From the IMG/VR virus record IMGVR_UViG_3300045988_086091: DNA of 44,722 nucleotides; one strand, 5' to 3'. Below the pieces are notes generated by a model that did not search any database, was not told the origin of the DNA, and saw only the letters and a list, made by a program, of their open reading frames with translations. The number at the start of each line of letters is the position of its first letter. Position 1 is the first letter of the stretch. The translations under genes and the position numbers were made by a program. This document shows, in pieces, positions 17,222 through 27,060 of the stretch. Source of the DNA: a virus.

Positions 17222-17764
17222 TCACTCCTTTACGGTTCCAATGATGTTAGGCTGTTCAACCTCGCTGACAGCAGCATGGTCGGACCGGGTGTAGCGTAGG
17301 CGGACGTCAAAGCCGAACCGGCGGCCCATTTCGTCCAGCTCCAGAGCGTCCCGGCTCGTGGCGTTGCTGATGTCAACGACGACGAAGCCGGCGTCCGAGA
17401 TCGCGTCCCGGCCGGTGTGCAGGAAAAAGCCCTGGGCCAGCGTTGCCAGCTCCAGGGCCTCATCCGCGCCCAGGACCTCGACCTGGACGCCGTTGTCGTC
17501 ATAGCAGCGGTTGATACTGCAAGCAGTAAATGACAGGGTGGCGGTCGGCTGCTCTACCCTGGCCGACACCAGATCATCGGGTGTAGCACCTTCCTCCAGT
17601 GAATAGTGACCGAGGCTTCCGTCCGGGATATAGTCGGCGGTCACGGAATAGATGATGAACGGAGGGTCGGCCTCCGGCTGCACCTGAGAGGCAAGCAGCA
17701 CCGGAACGCCCACTACCTTGTGAAGGGCGGAGATGAGCGCGTTTCGCTTCTGGACGAAGCTCAT
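17222..17764 (-). CDS. Tail completion/terminator-like protein
   Basis: 180 aa between the connector genes and the sheath gene, with ATGA coupling. Confidence 0.5.
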   Translation of the reverse strand: MSFVQKRNALISALHKVVGVPVLLASQVQPEADPPFIIYSVTADYIPDGSLGHYSLEEGATPDDLVSARVEQPTATLSFTACSINRCYDDNGVQVEVLGADEALELATLAQGFFLHTGRDAISDAGFVVVDISNATSRDALELDEMGRRFGFDVRLRYTRSDHAAVSEVEQPNIIGTVKE

Positions 17765-18150
17765 ACGGAGCTGCCCCCTTTCGGCGCGGCGCTGGTTCTG
17801 GCCTCCACCAGATACCGCTTCATCGGGTGAATACTGTTGTGCCCTAGCTCCTGGGTCACTGTGTAGGTGTTCCCACTGTCAGGGTCGTAGACCTGCGCTC
17901 CGGTCTTGAGCGCATGGCCGTTGGTGTAAATCTTCTCGCTCAGGTCGCTTACCGTGCCGGTGATCTCTCGACGAAGATCCCGGTCACTGACCGGGAGGAC
18001 CGCGCCCTCGAAGGCGACGCGCTCTTCCTCGCCCTGGACCCACTGGCCGCCCTTGCTCTGGTCGTAATGGCCGCTCGCCCTGATCTCATACATGGTATGA
18101 AGCAGGCCGGACGGTATCATCGGCTGAGCCATTTTGAACAGGATACCCAT
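17761..18150 (-). CDS. Head-tail joining protein (hypothetical)
   Basis: ATG 18150 overlaps the upstream TAA (TAATG). Assigned by synteny. Confidence 0.5.
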   Translation of the reverse strand: MGILFKMAQPMIPSGLLHTMYEIRASGHYDQSKGGQWVQGEEERVAFEGAVLPVSDRDLRREITGTVSDLSEKIYTNGHALKTGAQVYDPDSGNTYTVTQELGHNSIHPMKRYLVEARTSAAPKGGSSV

Positions 18151-18791
18151 TACTCTTCCACCTTCCATGTGATCGAATTTCTAAGCCGTCCAGTCACCAT
18201 CAGGGGGCTGTCCGCATAGGACGGGGCCCTTGCCCTCTGGATACTGCCTTTCGGGGTGAAGTTACCGGCCTCGGACATAAACTGCTGGATGAGCCCCACG
18301 GCCTGGCCGCCTATCCAATCGGCGGCCTGACGGGCCGTAGTTTTCCCCTGGTAGATGTCTGCGACCGCCTGCTGGACAAGCTGAGCCAGCTCGTTTTTGT
18401 TGTGGTCGAAGCCAGCGCGGATGAAGCTGCGCTCAGGGATAGTGACGGAGGGCAGAAGCAGGAACAGGAAGTTGAGATTATTCGCGTTCTCCGTGTTCTT
18501 CCGGCCCTTTTTGGCCGTCACTCCGAACAGGTATCCGTCCTTGGACCGGATAAAGAAGAGGTCCTGGAAGTCCCTGGGGCTCTTGTCGTAGCTGTCCTTG
18601 TGGATGGGGATACAGAGGTTTTTGGCGCTCTTCGCTGTGATCGTGGCCCCGTACTCATGCACGTTGGCGATCATCAGCAGCTCGCTATCCGCGTCCCCCT
18701 GGATACCGACCTTAATCCGCAGCTTGTTCAGTGTTTCCATCTCCGCCTTCACCTTGCGAAGGTACGGGACGATCTCATCGTTTACCCTCAT
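18150..18791 (-). CDS. HK97 gp10 / Mu G-like virion morphogenesis (tail completion) protein
   Basis: C-terminal LMVTGRLRNSITWKV motif typical of this family. Confidence 0.6.
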   Translation of the reverse strand: MRVNDEIVPYLRKVKAEMETLNKLRIKVGIQGDADSELLMIANVHEYGATITAKSAKNLCIPIHKDSYDKSPRDFQDLFFIRSKDGYLFGVTAKKGRKNTENANNLNFLFLLLPSVTIPERSFIRAGFDHNKNELAQLVQQAVADIYQGKTTARQAADWIGGQAVGLIQQFMSEAGNFTPKGSIQRARAPSYADSPLMVTGRLRNSITWKVEE

Positions 18792-18795
18792 AGGC

Positions 18796-19449
18796 TCACC
18801 ACCTCATGTAGTGGGCGAGGGTTTCCATCCACGACGCCCTGGGCTCCTTGTCGAATGTCCAGCTCACGTCAGAGATGGAGAAGGCGGAAAGCCCCTGAGC
18901 CCCATTCCGCAGGATGGAGAACTCCTGTTCTGCGATACCCCACACAATGGCGATGATGTCAGCCGGCAGGTCGGACGGCTCATCCTCCGTGGCGTCCTTG
19001 GGAAGGACATAACCGGCGGTGAATTTGACTTCCAGATACCGCTTCGGGGCCAGGTAGTCATTTGCCAGCCCGCCGATGTATCCACGGAATATCCAGCCAG
19101 CGTCCCGGTACAGCACGCCGACGTCGCCGGTCATGGTGAAGTCGTAGCTGTCCGGGTCGATGTTCTGGCCGGTGTCCGTGTCCTTGACGTACTCAACGGA
19201 CCGGATAGGGTACTGAGTGAGCACGAGCTCCTGAGCTCCGGGGGCGACGTACCTGTGGGTGTAGGTGGCCTTCCCGAACTTCCGCCCGGTCATGGTTTCA
19301 ATCCAGGCTGAGGCCGAATTGATAAGCCGGATGATGTTATTCTTGACGGCGGTGTCCGCAGCCTCGGCAGGTATCCCCAGGCGCTCCATCGTGTCTTCGA
19401 GTGTAGTCATGGCGTTATCGGCCAGCTCCACGGTCGGCTCGTTTGCCAT
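18796..19449 (-). CDS. Head-tail connector/adaptor (gp6-like)
   Basis: N-terminal LEDTMERLGIP...IRLINSASAWIETMTGRKF motif. Confidence 0.6.
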   Translation of the reverse strand: MANEPTVELADNAMTTLEDTMERLGIPAEAADTAVKNNIIRLINSASAWIETMTGRKFGKATYTHRYVAPGAQELVLTQYPIRSVEYVKDTDTGQNIDPDSYDFTMTGDVGVLYRDAGWIFRGYIGGLANDYLAPKRYLEVKFTAGYVLPKDATEDEPSDLPADIIAIVWGIAEQEFSILRNGAQGLSAFSISDVSWTFDKEPRASWMETLAHYMRW

Positions 19450-19479
19450 ACTGTCGCCTCCCTTCTGGAAGGGCGCGGA

Positions 19480-19602
19480 TTAGTCCTCCGCGCCCTCCTT
19501 CTCAGACTTGCCGCCGCTGTTGGCGGTTTTCTTCTCCTTGGGGCCCGCCTCGCGCTTGTTCTCGGCGGGTTTCGTCTTGGGGGAAGGATAGGACCTTACC
19601 AT
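19480..19602 (-). CDS. 40-aa basic hypothetical protein (below the ORF-track cutoff)
   Basis: ATG lies 8 nt behind AGGAGG. Sequence MVRSYPSPKTKPAENKREAGPKEKKTANSGGKSEKEGAED. Confidence 0.45.
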   Translation of the reverse strand: MVRSYPSPKTKPAENKREAGPKEKKTANSGGKSEKEGAED

Positions 19603-19638
19603 GATTAAAACCTCCTTGTAGGGCCTCTCAGGGCCAAA

Positions 19639-20052
19639 TTAGACGGGGACCTCGGAAGCGTCGCCCAGGGCAAGAGCCGCGGTAGCGGTGCAAGAGGGAG
19701 TGGAGCCGCCGGTGCAGACGATCTCGAACTTGATCTTGACGAACTGCTTGCAGCCCACCAGGTCCAGATCGAAGTCCACCAGGGCGCCGCCTGCGGCGTC
19801 GGTGTCAACAGAGATCGCGCCGTCGGCGTCCAGGGCCTTGTCGATGGGGATGAGCTTGTCAGCAGCAGGGGTGTAGCTGCCCGCCTTTTCGTCGCTCTCG
19901 GTGACGGTCAGCTTCACAGCCATGCCGGTAGGGGTGCCGGTGGGAGTGCCCACCAGGACGCCCAGGACCGCAGAGAGGAAGCCCTCACGGTTGATGGCGT
20001 CCTCACTGGTATAGGGGGTCACTTTGACATTCTGAATAAGTGCGCGTTTCAT
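19639..20052 (-). CDS. Capsid-associated hypothetical protein (decoration candidate)
   Basis: 137 aa immediately after the major capsid gene. ATG at 20052. Confidence 0.5.
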   Translation of the reverse strand: MKRALIQNVKVTPYTSEDAINREGFLSAVLGVLVGTPTGTPTGMAVKLTVTESDEKAGSYTPAADKLIPIDKALDADGAISVDTDAAGGALVDFDLDLVGCKQFVKIKFEIVCTGGSTPSCTATAALALGDASEVPV

Positions 20053-20106
20053 GTGGTTTTTCCTCCTTGTGTTGAAAAATGGAGATCGGGGCACGAGGCC
20101 CCGATC

Positions 20107-21660
20107 TTAGAACGCCTTGATGTTCTTGACGTGCAGGAAGCTCTCCTTATGGCGAGCGGCGATGTCAACGTACATCAGCGCACGGGTAGCCGCGAGGTTT
20201 TCCTCGAAGGCGTTGTGCTGATTGCCGTCCTCATCGACCCAGGAGCCGTCCAGGGTGGTGTAAGTCTCAAGGCCCATCTGCTCGCCCACCAGCAGATCAG
20301 CCCAGTTGCCGAAGGCCAGCTCAGTGAGGCCGGTGCTGTCGGTGGTGATCTGGTTGGACACGCGGTAGGGGAAGCCCAGCAGCTTGCCGGTGTTCATTTC
20401 CTCGCGGTAGATGTAGGCGCCGGTGGTGGTCTTGAGGTTCATCAGGTAGCCTTCCAGCACGGAGTTGAAGGCCCAGCCGAGCTTCTGATCGTCCACGTTC
20501 TTTGCCAGAACCTTAGAGCGGACGTACACAGGGAAGTCCGCCGTGATCTTGCCGTTGGTGTCGGCCAGATCGGTGTTGCCCACAGTCTTGGCGTCTACGT
20601 GCTCAACCTCCTTGTCGGTGAAGACGCCGAGAGGCTGGAACTCGCCGCCCTTACCGAACATAGCGCCGAAGTCGAGGCCCAGCTCCATCCGACGGGTCAG
20701 GTCATTGGCGAAGAGCTGATCGGCGGAGTAGTTGGTGCTCATCAGCAGCTCGCGGGTCTGAGGCACGATAGCCTCCAGGCGCTTTGCGGACAGCCGAATG
20801 TTGCCGTAGGTGGGCTGGGTCTTGGCGATCTTGCGAGCCTCACCGCCCCAGGTGGCACGAGCGCCGCCGGTCATCTTGGGAATGTTCAGGTTGCCGTTCG
20901 CCATGGGGACCTTCTGAGCGCCCAGCTCAAAGATCACAGTCTTGGAGTACAGCAGCTCAATGATCTGGTCGAGGTAAATCTCAGGGATGAGATAGCCGCC
21001 CGCAGCGGGGTTGGTGGCGGACAGAGCCTTGAACTCGCGGGCCATGTCGCCGTCGTCGTACTTGCGCTGAGCGTAGAAGGCGGCGGCGTCAGGGTCATGC
21101 TTGCCGAAGACGTCCAGGCACTTGATCGCACGGGCGAGCTGGACGGCGGGAGGCACAGACTTCTTGGCAGAAGCCGCAGCAGAGCCACCCCGGCTCATGT
21201 AGATGTTGCTGTACTTACGCTGCACGGGGGAGGCCGCGCTCTTGCGGCCGCTTTTGGTCTGGTGCTTGAAGGTGGCAGCCTTCCGGCGCTTCGCCTCATC
21301 GGTGGCGACGCCCTCATCCTCCTTCATCTCTTCGTCTTCCACGCCGTCGCTCTCCTTGGTTTCGTCCTGGGTGGCGTCGATGATCTCACCGACGGCCTCC
21401 ATGACCTCATCGGCGGTGACGTCGCCCAGCTCTTCGCCGGCCTCCTTGCGGGACTTCCGCTTCTCAGCCACGACATCCATCGCCTGCTCGATCAGAGCGG
21501 AGATGTCAGCGGGGGCAGCTTCCACGGCAGGGTCGCCGCCTTCACCCTCGCCCTCAGCCTTCGCCTCGGCCTGCTCATCCAGAGCCTCCTTGACGCAAGC
21601 CTTGATCTTCTCGGTCAGCTCATCAGCTTCCATTTTCACGGACTTACGATTGATAGCCAT
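20107..21660 (-). CDS. Major capsid protein, HK97 fold, with long acidic N-terminal scaffold (delta) region
   Basis: ATG 21660 behind AGGAGG. About 190 aa of Glu/Asp/Ala-rich N-terminus, then an HK97-type body. Position after the protease gene. Confidence 0.85.
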   Translation of the reverse strand: MAINRKSVKMEADELTEKIKACVKEALDEQAEAKAEGEGEGGDPAVEAAPADISALIEQAMDVVAEKRKSRKEAGEELGDVTADEVMEAVGEIIDATQDETKESDGVEDEEMKEDEGVATDEAKRRKAATFKHQTKSGRKSAASPVQRKYSNIYMSRGGSAAASAKKSVPPAVQLARAIKCLDVFGKHDPDAAAFYAQRKYDDGDMAREFKALSATNPAAGGYLIPEIYLDQIIELLYSKTVIFELGAQKVPMANGNLNIPKMTGGARATWGGEARKIAKTQPTYGNIRLSAKRLEAIVPQTRELLMSTNYSADQLFANDLTRRMELGLDFGAMFGKGGEFQPLGVFTDKEVEHVDAKTVGNTDLADTNGKITADFPVYVRSKVLAKNVDDQKLGWAFNSVLEGYLMNLKTTTGAYIYREEMNTGKLLGFPYRVSNQITTDSTGLTELAFGNWADLLVGEQMGLETYTTLDGSWVDEDGNQHNAFEENLAATRALMYVDIAARHKESFLHVKNIKAF

Positions 21661-21676
21661 GTGAATAATCCTCCTG

Positions 21677-22663
21677 TTACAGTAAAATTTCGATGGTGTT
21701 GCCGGAACGGGACGCACCCTTCACGGCGGGTTTTTGCTTCGGGTTGACAGACTTCTCGGTTTCGCTCGCCTCCCGGATGATACTGTCGAGGGCCTTCGTT
21801 GCTGCCTTCATGGACGCGCTGGCGTCCTTGAGGGCTTTCAACCGGGCTCCGCTGATCTTCCGGCCGGCCTTGACCTCTGCTGTCGCCTCTTCCACCAGGG
21901 AAACGGCGTAATCCGCAACATCGCGGGCCTGCTTGTAGTCGGTGATGACCGCCTCCGGGTTCATGGCCCAGGTGACGACCGACACTTCCCACAGCTTGAC
22001 TTCCCGCAGGTGGCGGATACCGTTTTCGTCGTAGTCGAAGACGATAGGGTCGTATCCGATGGAAAGCTCGTTGAGTACCCCGTCTTTCAGCAGCACTTTG
22101 ATGTCGCGTCCCATCGAAGTGTCGCTGATCTTGGCCTTGATGAACAGGCCGTTGCTGTCCTCCCTCAGCTCAAGAGGTCTGCCAATGGGAAGCCAGCAGT
22201 CGTTGTGTAGGGCAAGGATTTTCACCCTCTCCCAGCCTTCGGCGATTGTCTTCGTGAAGGCTCCGGGCTCGATGATGTCGCCGCCGCTGTCCACATTCCC
22301 GTAGACCGCAGCATAGCCGCTGAAAATGCCGCTCTCTTCGTCGTACTCATCGGTGCGGAAGGATAGGGTCTTGTACTCGGTTTTCACGCTCTTCTCCTTC
22401 ACCCCATTTCTGAGCGAGCTTTCCCGGGCTTTAAGCCCCCGCCTGGGGGCATAATAAGACGGCGACACCCGCAGGTGAGATACCGCGAGCTTCGCCGTCA
22501 GAACGGGGTCATCGTTGGTGATATTGGTATCCGGGTGCGCGGTGCCGTGCTCCAGCTCCGCAGTCATCCCGGCGGCCAGTGATTTCAAGTCGAAGTGCTC
22601 GGCCTCCAGGTTTATCCCGGCGGCCTGAGCTGCTTCCCTGGCCTGCTGTTCAGTAAATTCCAT
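21677..22663 (-). CDS. Prohead protease (HK97 / S78 family) with an extra N-terminal domain of about 85 aa
   Basis: Core FSGYAAVYGNVDSGGDIIEPGAF...LSIGY. N-terminal AGMTAELEHGTAHPDTNITNDDP segment. Confidence 0.8.
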   Translation of the reverse strand: MEFTEQQAREAAQAAGINLEAEHFDLKSLAAGMTAELEHGTAHPDTNITNDDPVLTAKLAVSHLRVSPSYYAPRRGLKARESSLRNGVKEKSVKTEYKTLSFRTDEYDEESGIFSGYAAVYGNVDSGGDIIEPGAFTKTIAEGWERVKILALHNDCWLPIGRPLELREDSNGLFIKAKISDTSMGRDIKVLLKDGVLNELSIGYDPIVFDYDENGIRHLREVKLWEVSVVTWAMNPEAVITDYKQARDVADYAVSLVEEATAEVKAGRKISGARLKALKDASASMKAATKALDSIIREASETEKSVNPKQKPAVKGASRSGNTIEILL

Positions 22664-22676
22664 GGGGCAGTCCTCC

Positions 22677-24905
22677 TTACTTGTCGAACGTCAGGAAACA
22701 GTGGCAGTTGACGACCTCGGCGGGGTCGTTGCAATCCGGGTCGCAGGGCCGCATAAGGCCGTTGGAGAACTTGGCGTCAATGGGTACGCGCTCTCCGTTC
22801 AACCTCTTGTGGGACGGCCTGGCCGCTGCCATGTTGGCGACGTGCCAGGTCTTCCAGGCGGCTCCAGCCTTCCTCATCATGTCGTAGTGGCCGGTCAGCA
22901 GAGAGGTGTTGCACTCCTGGGTGGCGATGGTCCGCGCCCTGGAGGCCGTGGTCCCCATTTCCTGCTCGATCTGCTTTGCAATCGTGGCCCGGCTGTCGCC
23001 GTGCTCCAGGCCGGTAGAAACAATGCGGGCGATGGACTGCTGGGTGGTCTGAGTGATACCCTTGACGCGGACGCCGCCCCGGAGCTTCGCCGTGCTGATG
23101 AGCTCCGGCCTCTGGATGGCCTGGAGGTTGTAGAGCTTCGCGGAGAGGCCCGCGCCCTTGTCGTAGCTTTCCTTCCACAGGGGTTCAAAGATGTTCAGCA
23201 GCGACGTTTCCTCCTGGGGCCAGTCGATCAGGCCCAGGGTGAAGCCGGACACCAGGCGCTCCCGCTCTGCTTCCGAGAGGGCCGCCCAGGCCGCCGCGCT
23301 CTGCTCCGCGGCGTCTTCGCTGTTCGGGTCATAGCCAGGGATGGAGGACATCAGAATGTCCCACACGCTCCGGTCGTCCTTCGTGGTGCCGCCCATGGCC
23401 TCGCTCACTCGGCGGCCCTGCTCCCGCAGGTACTTGAGGGTCGCAATCTCGAATTTGTGGGTCTGGTCCCGCTCCGCCTGCAATAGGGCCCGCTGGGCAG
23501 CCTGGACGCGCAGGTCCTTGAGCTCTTCCGGCGAAGCACCCTTGGAGGAAGTGATTTCAACCGTCCCTGCGCCCTCTCCGGCGCTTTCTGAGCCGTTTTC
23601 AGCGTCCAGGGGTATCCCATCATCCGTGATCTCGATTTCCTGCTCTCCGCCCGTCTCAAGCGGTGGTGCGCCCTCTGAGAACTGGAGGTTTGCAGCAGCG
23701 GTAGAGATCGCCACGGGGTCGTCATCCTCGTGCAGGTAGACGTCGGAGAACTGCGTCTTGTAGACGTCGCCGCCGACCTTGGCCGGGGGCATACCCAGCT
23801 TCTCGCGGGCCTCATCCTTGGTGAGCAGGCCGGCGTTCCAGCCGTCGATACCCACGGCCTTGTCGAACTCTTGGTTCCGCGGGATGATGTCGTTGAAGCG
23901 CCACACCAGGTCCGGCCCGAAATAGGGGATGATCTGGTGATTGATCGCCTCTTCCCGGCGGCGCAGGTTCGGCATGAGTACGTTTTGAGCGTAGATGAAC
24001 TGGGCCGCCTCGCTGGTGGCCCGGTTACTACTCTCAGTAATGCCCATGATCTCCCGCGGCACGCCAAAATGCTCCAGGACGGCGTTTCGGAGGAAGGTCC
24101 GGCCATTCACCATGTCCATGTCCTTCATCGTTTCGCCGATCTTATTCACGGTCACGTCGCCGTTGACGGTGGCGACGCCGTGGCTCTGGAACATACCCCG
24201 GAACCGCTCAAGCCATTCCGCCCGGAACCGCTTCCGCTGGTCCTCGGTGCTCTTCGGCATGGATATAATCAGGTTCGGGGTGGCGTCGTTGAAGAAGAAG
24301 CGCTTCTGGAATTTCGCGGCGTACTCATCGGTTTCGATCTCATCCGCCAGGGCCTCAGACTGGCCCAGTCCGCGCTTGAACGGGTCCAGCGGGTTCAAAT
24401 CCTTCATCACGAACATATCGTCAACGGAAACATTCATCAGAAGGCCGTTGGTGAGCCGGACCGTGTAGTACGGGTGATCCTGGTACGGGGTCATCTGGAC
24501 CCAATGCGTCGGGACCGGCCAGAGCTCCGCCGGGATACCGAGCGCCGTCTTCTCGATGATGAAATATCCCTCGCCCTTGAGCTTGAGGTAAATCTCCAGG
24601 AGGCGCCACAGGGCAGCGTTGCTCATCTCGTGGAGAGGGTTCGGGTTCGCCCAGAAGTCGAGGAATGGGTGGGCGGTGAGCTCGTGCTCTTCTCCGTTTT
24701 TGTCCACACGGTAGAGCTTCCCCTCGGCGAAAGAGAGGTCCGAGGCTATGCGCTCGATGACCGCGAGGCGAGGGATCGATCTGTACGCCTCAATCCATTC
24801 CTGGGTGTTCCTCTCAGGCGGGTTTGTCCAGCGGGGCAGCATGATACTCTCGCTTTGGTACGCGCGGCTTGCACGCCCTCCGCCGCCCCTATTCCAAAAA
24901 GGCAC
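22677..24905 (-). CDS. Portal protein fused to a Mu F / SPP1 gp7-like head morphogenesis domain
   Basis: 742 aa. N-terminal portion is HK97-type portal. C-terminal region runs from ARTIATQECNTS to VVNCHCFLTFDK (MuF-like). GTG start behind GGGAGG. Confidence 0.8.
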   Translation of the reverse strand: MPFWNRGGGGRASRAYQSESIMLPRWTNPPERNTQEWIEAYRSIPRLAVIERIASDLSFAEGKLYRVDKNGEEHELTAHPFLDFWANPNPLHEMSNAALWRLLEIYLKLKGEGYFIIEKTALGIPAELWPVPTHWVQMTPYQDHPYYTVRLTNGLLMNVSVDDMFVMKDLNPLDPFKRGLGQSEALADEIETDEYAAKFQKRFFFNDATPNLIISMPKSTEDQRKRFRAEWLERFRGMFQSHGVATVNGDVTVNKIGETMKDMDMVNGRTFLRNAVLEHFGVPREIMGITESSNRATSEAAQFIYAQNVLMPNLRRREEAINHQIIPYFGPDLVWRFNDIIPRNQEFDKAVGIDGWNAGLLTKDEAREKLGMPPAKVGGDVYKTQFSDVYLHEDDDPVAISTAAANLQFSEGAPPLETGGEQEIEITDDGIPLDAENGSESAGEGAGTVEITSSKGASPEELKDLRVQAAQRALLQAERDQTHKFEIATLKYLREQGRRVSEAMGGTTKDDRSVWDILMSSIPGYDPNSEDAAEQSAAAWAALSEAERERLVSGFTLGLIDWPQEETSLLNIFEPLWKESYDKGAGLSAKLYNLQAIQRPELISTAKLRGGVRVKGITQTTQQSIARIVSTGLEHGDSRATIAKQIEQEMGTTASRARTIATQECNTSLLTGHYDMMRKAGAAWKTWHVANMAAARPSHKRLNGERVPIDAKFSNGLMRPCDPDCNDPAEVVNCHCFLTFDK

Positions 24906-24907
24906 GG

Positions 24908-25081
24908 TTACTCGCCTCCCTTGCTTTTGGGCTTCTTGCCGAGTACCTGCACCGGCCTGGGGTTAGAGGGCCCTCCGGTGATCTTCTGCCAGATCGCGCG
25001 GGCCTCCTTCATGGTGCCGGCTCGGATATACTTCATCGGCCAGCCGTCGGCTGACACAAGGTAGCTGCATTTCTTTTTCAC
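24908..25081 (-). CDS. 57-aa hypothetical protein between terminase and portal
   Basis: GTG 25081 behind AAGGAGG. Confidence 0.45.
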   Translation of the reverse strand: MKKKCSYLVSADGWPMKYIRAGTMKEARAIWQKITGGPSNPRPVQVLGKKPKSKGGE

Positions 25082-25092
25082 GGTGTCCCTCC

Positions 25093-26529
25093 TTAGTCGA
25101 TGGTCCAATCGCTGATTTGCGGGTCATGCAGGGCCAGGGCCAGGGCGTCGCCCATGTCAGGGGACGACAGGCCGCGTTTCTTCATGGCCTCTTTCTTCTC
25201 AAGCTCGATCTTTCCAGCGCTGTTCACCACGTACTTCCGGTTGGAAAGCTGGCTGATCTGCTTATCGTCATACCAGAGCTTGAGGCTTTTGGTCCGCAGC
25301 GCCTCCCGGACCGCGCCCCACATGAGGCCGGTGCTGTTCTGGTAGTCGATGGGGTCATCGTCGCTGATCGTGCCGCCCTCTCCGCCAAAATGGCACTCCA
25401 CGATCTCCAGGGAGAGGGGTGGGGGCGGGTCCTCGCTGTCTGCAAAGAGGCGGTCCCGCTGGTCGTTTACTTCCTCTACGATCTGGTCCCGCAGCTCCAT
25501 GAGGCGGTCGAACACGCCGACGCCCAGGCCGTCGCAGTCAATCTTGACGTGGATTTCGGCCCACGGCTGTGCCAGAGCATACCGCTTGATGAGCCGGACA
25601 GCCTTGCCGCTCAGCTCCATGGTGTCGTTGTGGTGGTAGACCTCCGGCTGCTCCTGGAGCTTCTTGTCCAGGACAGGGGACAGCACGGAGCTGTCGTCGC
25701 CGTAGCGGGCGACGTCAATCCCGATGTCCACGCGGGCCGCACGCTCGATCTCAGGGGCCTCGGCCTCGCTGGCCCGCTCTGCCCACTCCATAGGGATGAA
25801 GCTGTCCGGCAGGGCCTTTGGGAACTCCCCAGCGACACGCACCCGGAAGACGTCGCTGTCCTCGCCAAACATATCAATGATGGTGTCGATGAACTGCTGG
25901 TCCACACGGCTGCTGTCCCGCCCGTCAATGTGCATGGCGTTGTAGAGCTCACGCGATTTGTGGTGGCTGTCATAGAAAAAGCCGGTGATCTTGGTGGGGT
26001 TCCCACACATCACCAGCTTTGCGCCCTCGGTGGACAGGGCGCCGAGGACAGGCTCGAATATCTCATCTCGGACGCCGGAGGCTTCGTCGATGATGTAGAG
26101 GACGTGCTCAGCATGGAAGCCTTGCAGGGCGTCCGGCTTGCTGGCCGTCCGGCCTACCGAGAACCACTCTTCGGGGTGGCCCCTCATGTAGACCTTTTCC
26201 TTCGTCCAGATGAGCTCCTGGGACAAGGCCGGGTTGCTTCTCAGCCATTTGGCGATCTCGGCCCACAAGATGTCCCATAGCTGGTGCTGGGTGGGAGCGG
26301 TGCAAGGTATCTTCGGATAGGGCCTGGTGGTGAGGAACCAGATCGCAAGCCAGCTCTCCACCGCGCTCTTCCCGATACCGTGGCCGCTCCGAACGGAGGT
26401 CATGGGGTACTTGGCTACGCTGTTCAAGATGGCCCGCTGATTGCTGTCCGGCTTCGCCCTGATAATGTCCTCCACGAAGTCAACCGGATTGTCCGCATAG
26501 TAGAGAATGGCGTCACTTGTCAGGTTCAT
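25093..26529 (-). CDS. terL: Terminase large subunit
   Basis: 478 aa with Walker A-like SGHGIGKS and DE motif YIIDEASG. Position after terS. Confidence 0.9.
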   Translation of the reverse strand: MNLTSDAILYYADNPVDFVEDIIRAKPDSNQRAILNSVAKYPMTSVRSGHGIGKSAVESWLAIWFLTTRPYPKIPCTAPTQHQLWDILWAEIAKWLRSNPALSQELIWTKEKVYMRGHPEEWFSVGRTASKPDALQGFHAEHVLYIIDEASGVRDEIFEPVLGALSTEGAKLVMCGNPTKITGFFYDSHHKSRELYNAMHIDGRDSSRVDQQFIDTIIDMFGEDSDVFRVRVAGEFPKALPDSFIPMEWAERASEAEAPEIERAARVDIGIDVARYGDDSSVLSPVLDKKLQEQPEVYHHNDTMELSGKAVRLIKRYALAQPWAEIHVKIDCDGLGVGVFDRLMELRDQIVEEVNDQRDRLFADSEDPPPPLSLEIVECHFGGEGGTISDDDPIDYQNSTGLMWGAVREALRTKSLKLWYDDKQISQLSNRKYVVNSAGKIELEKKEAMKKRGLSSPDMGDALALALHDPQISDWTID

Positions 26530-27028
26530 TCTGCTGCCTCCTTCGCTCCCATGCCTCGGAGATCACGTCGGCAAGGCTGCTGCTGGCGGCTTCGGCTCCG
26601 GTGTCCGGGTTGGTATCCTTTACGATCTCCGTTCGGTTTTCGCGCTCCAGCTTCGTAGCCTCCCGGATGAAGGCGACAAGGTTCTTCGGGTCGATGTCCC
26701 GCGGGTCCATCTCTTTCAGAGCTTGAAGCGCCTTCTGCTGCATTTTCATGGCAATGCTGATATGGCGGTCTGCCATCTGGCGGGCCTTCTTGACCGCCTC
26801 GGCGTGGGCCTGGCGCTGGAGGTCATTCTCGTAGGCTGCCACCCTTTCTACCCACTGGTAGTTGGCACTCCACCGGCTGATGAGCTGCCTACTTTTGGAC
26901 AACTGCTCGCTAACAAGCCGTTGACTTCGGGTTTCTCCCAAATTTAGGTAACACTGAAATGCCTCATACGCCTTTACGCTCTCGCCCTCTTGCCGCTCCC
27001 ATGGCTTCGTGTCGCTGCGTTTCGGCAT
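26513..27028 (-). CDS. terS: Terminase small subunit
   Basis: 171 aa with N-terminal HTH-like AYEAFQCYLNLGETRSQRLVSEQLSKSRQLISRWS. Overlaps the terL start. Confidence 0.75.
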   Translation of the reverse strand: MPKRSDTKPWERQEGESVKAYEAFQCYLNLGETRSQRLVSEQLSKSRQLISRWSANYQWVERVAAYENDLQRQAHAEAVKKARQMADRHISIAMKMQQKALQALKEMDPRDIDPKNLVAFIREATKLERENRTEIVKDTNPDTGAEAASSSLADVISEAWERRRQQNEPDK

Positions 27029-27060
27029 TTCGTTTCCCCTCCTTCCAGGGCCGGAAGCCG

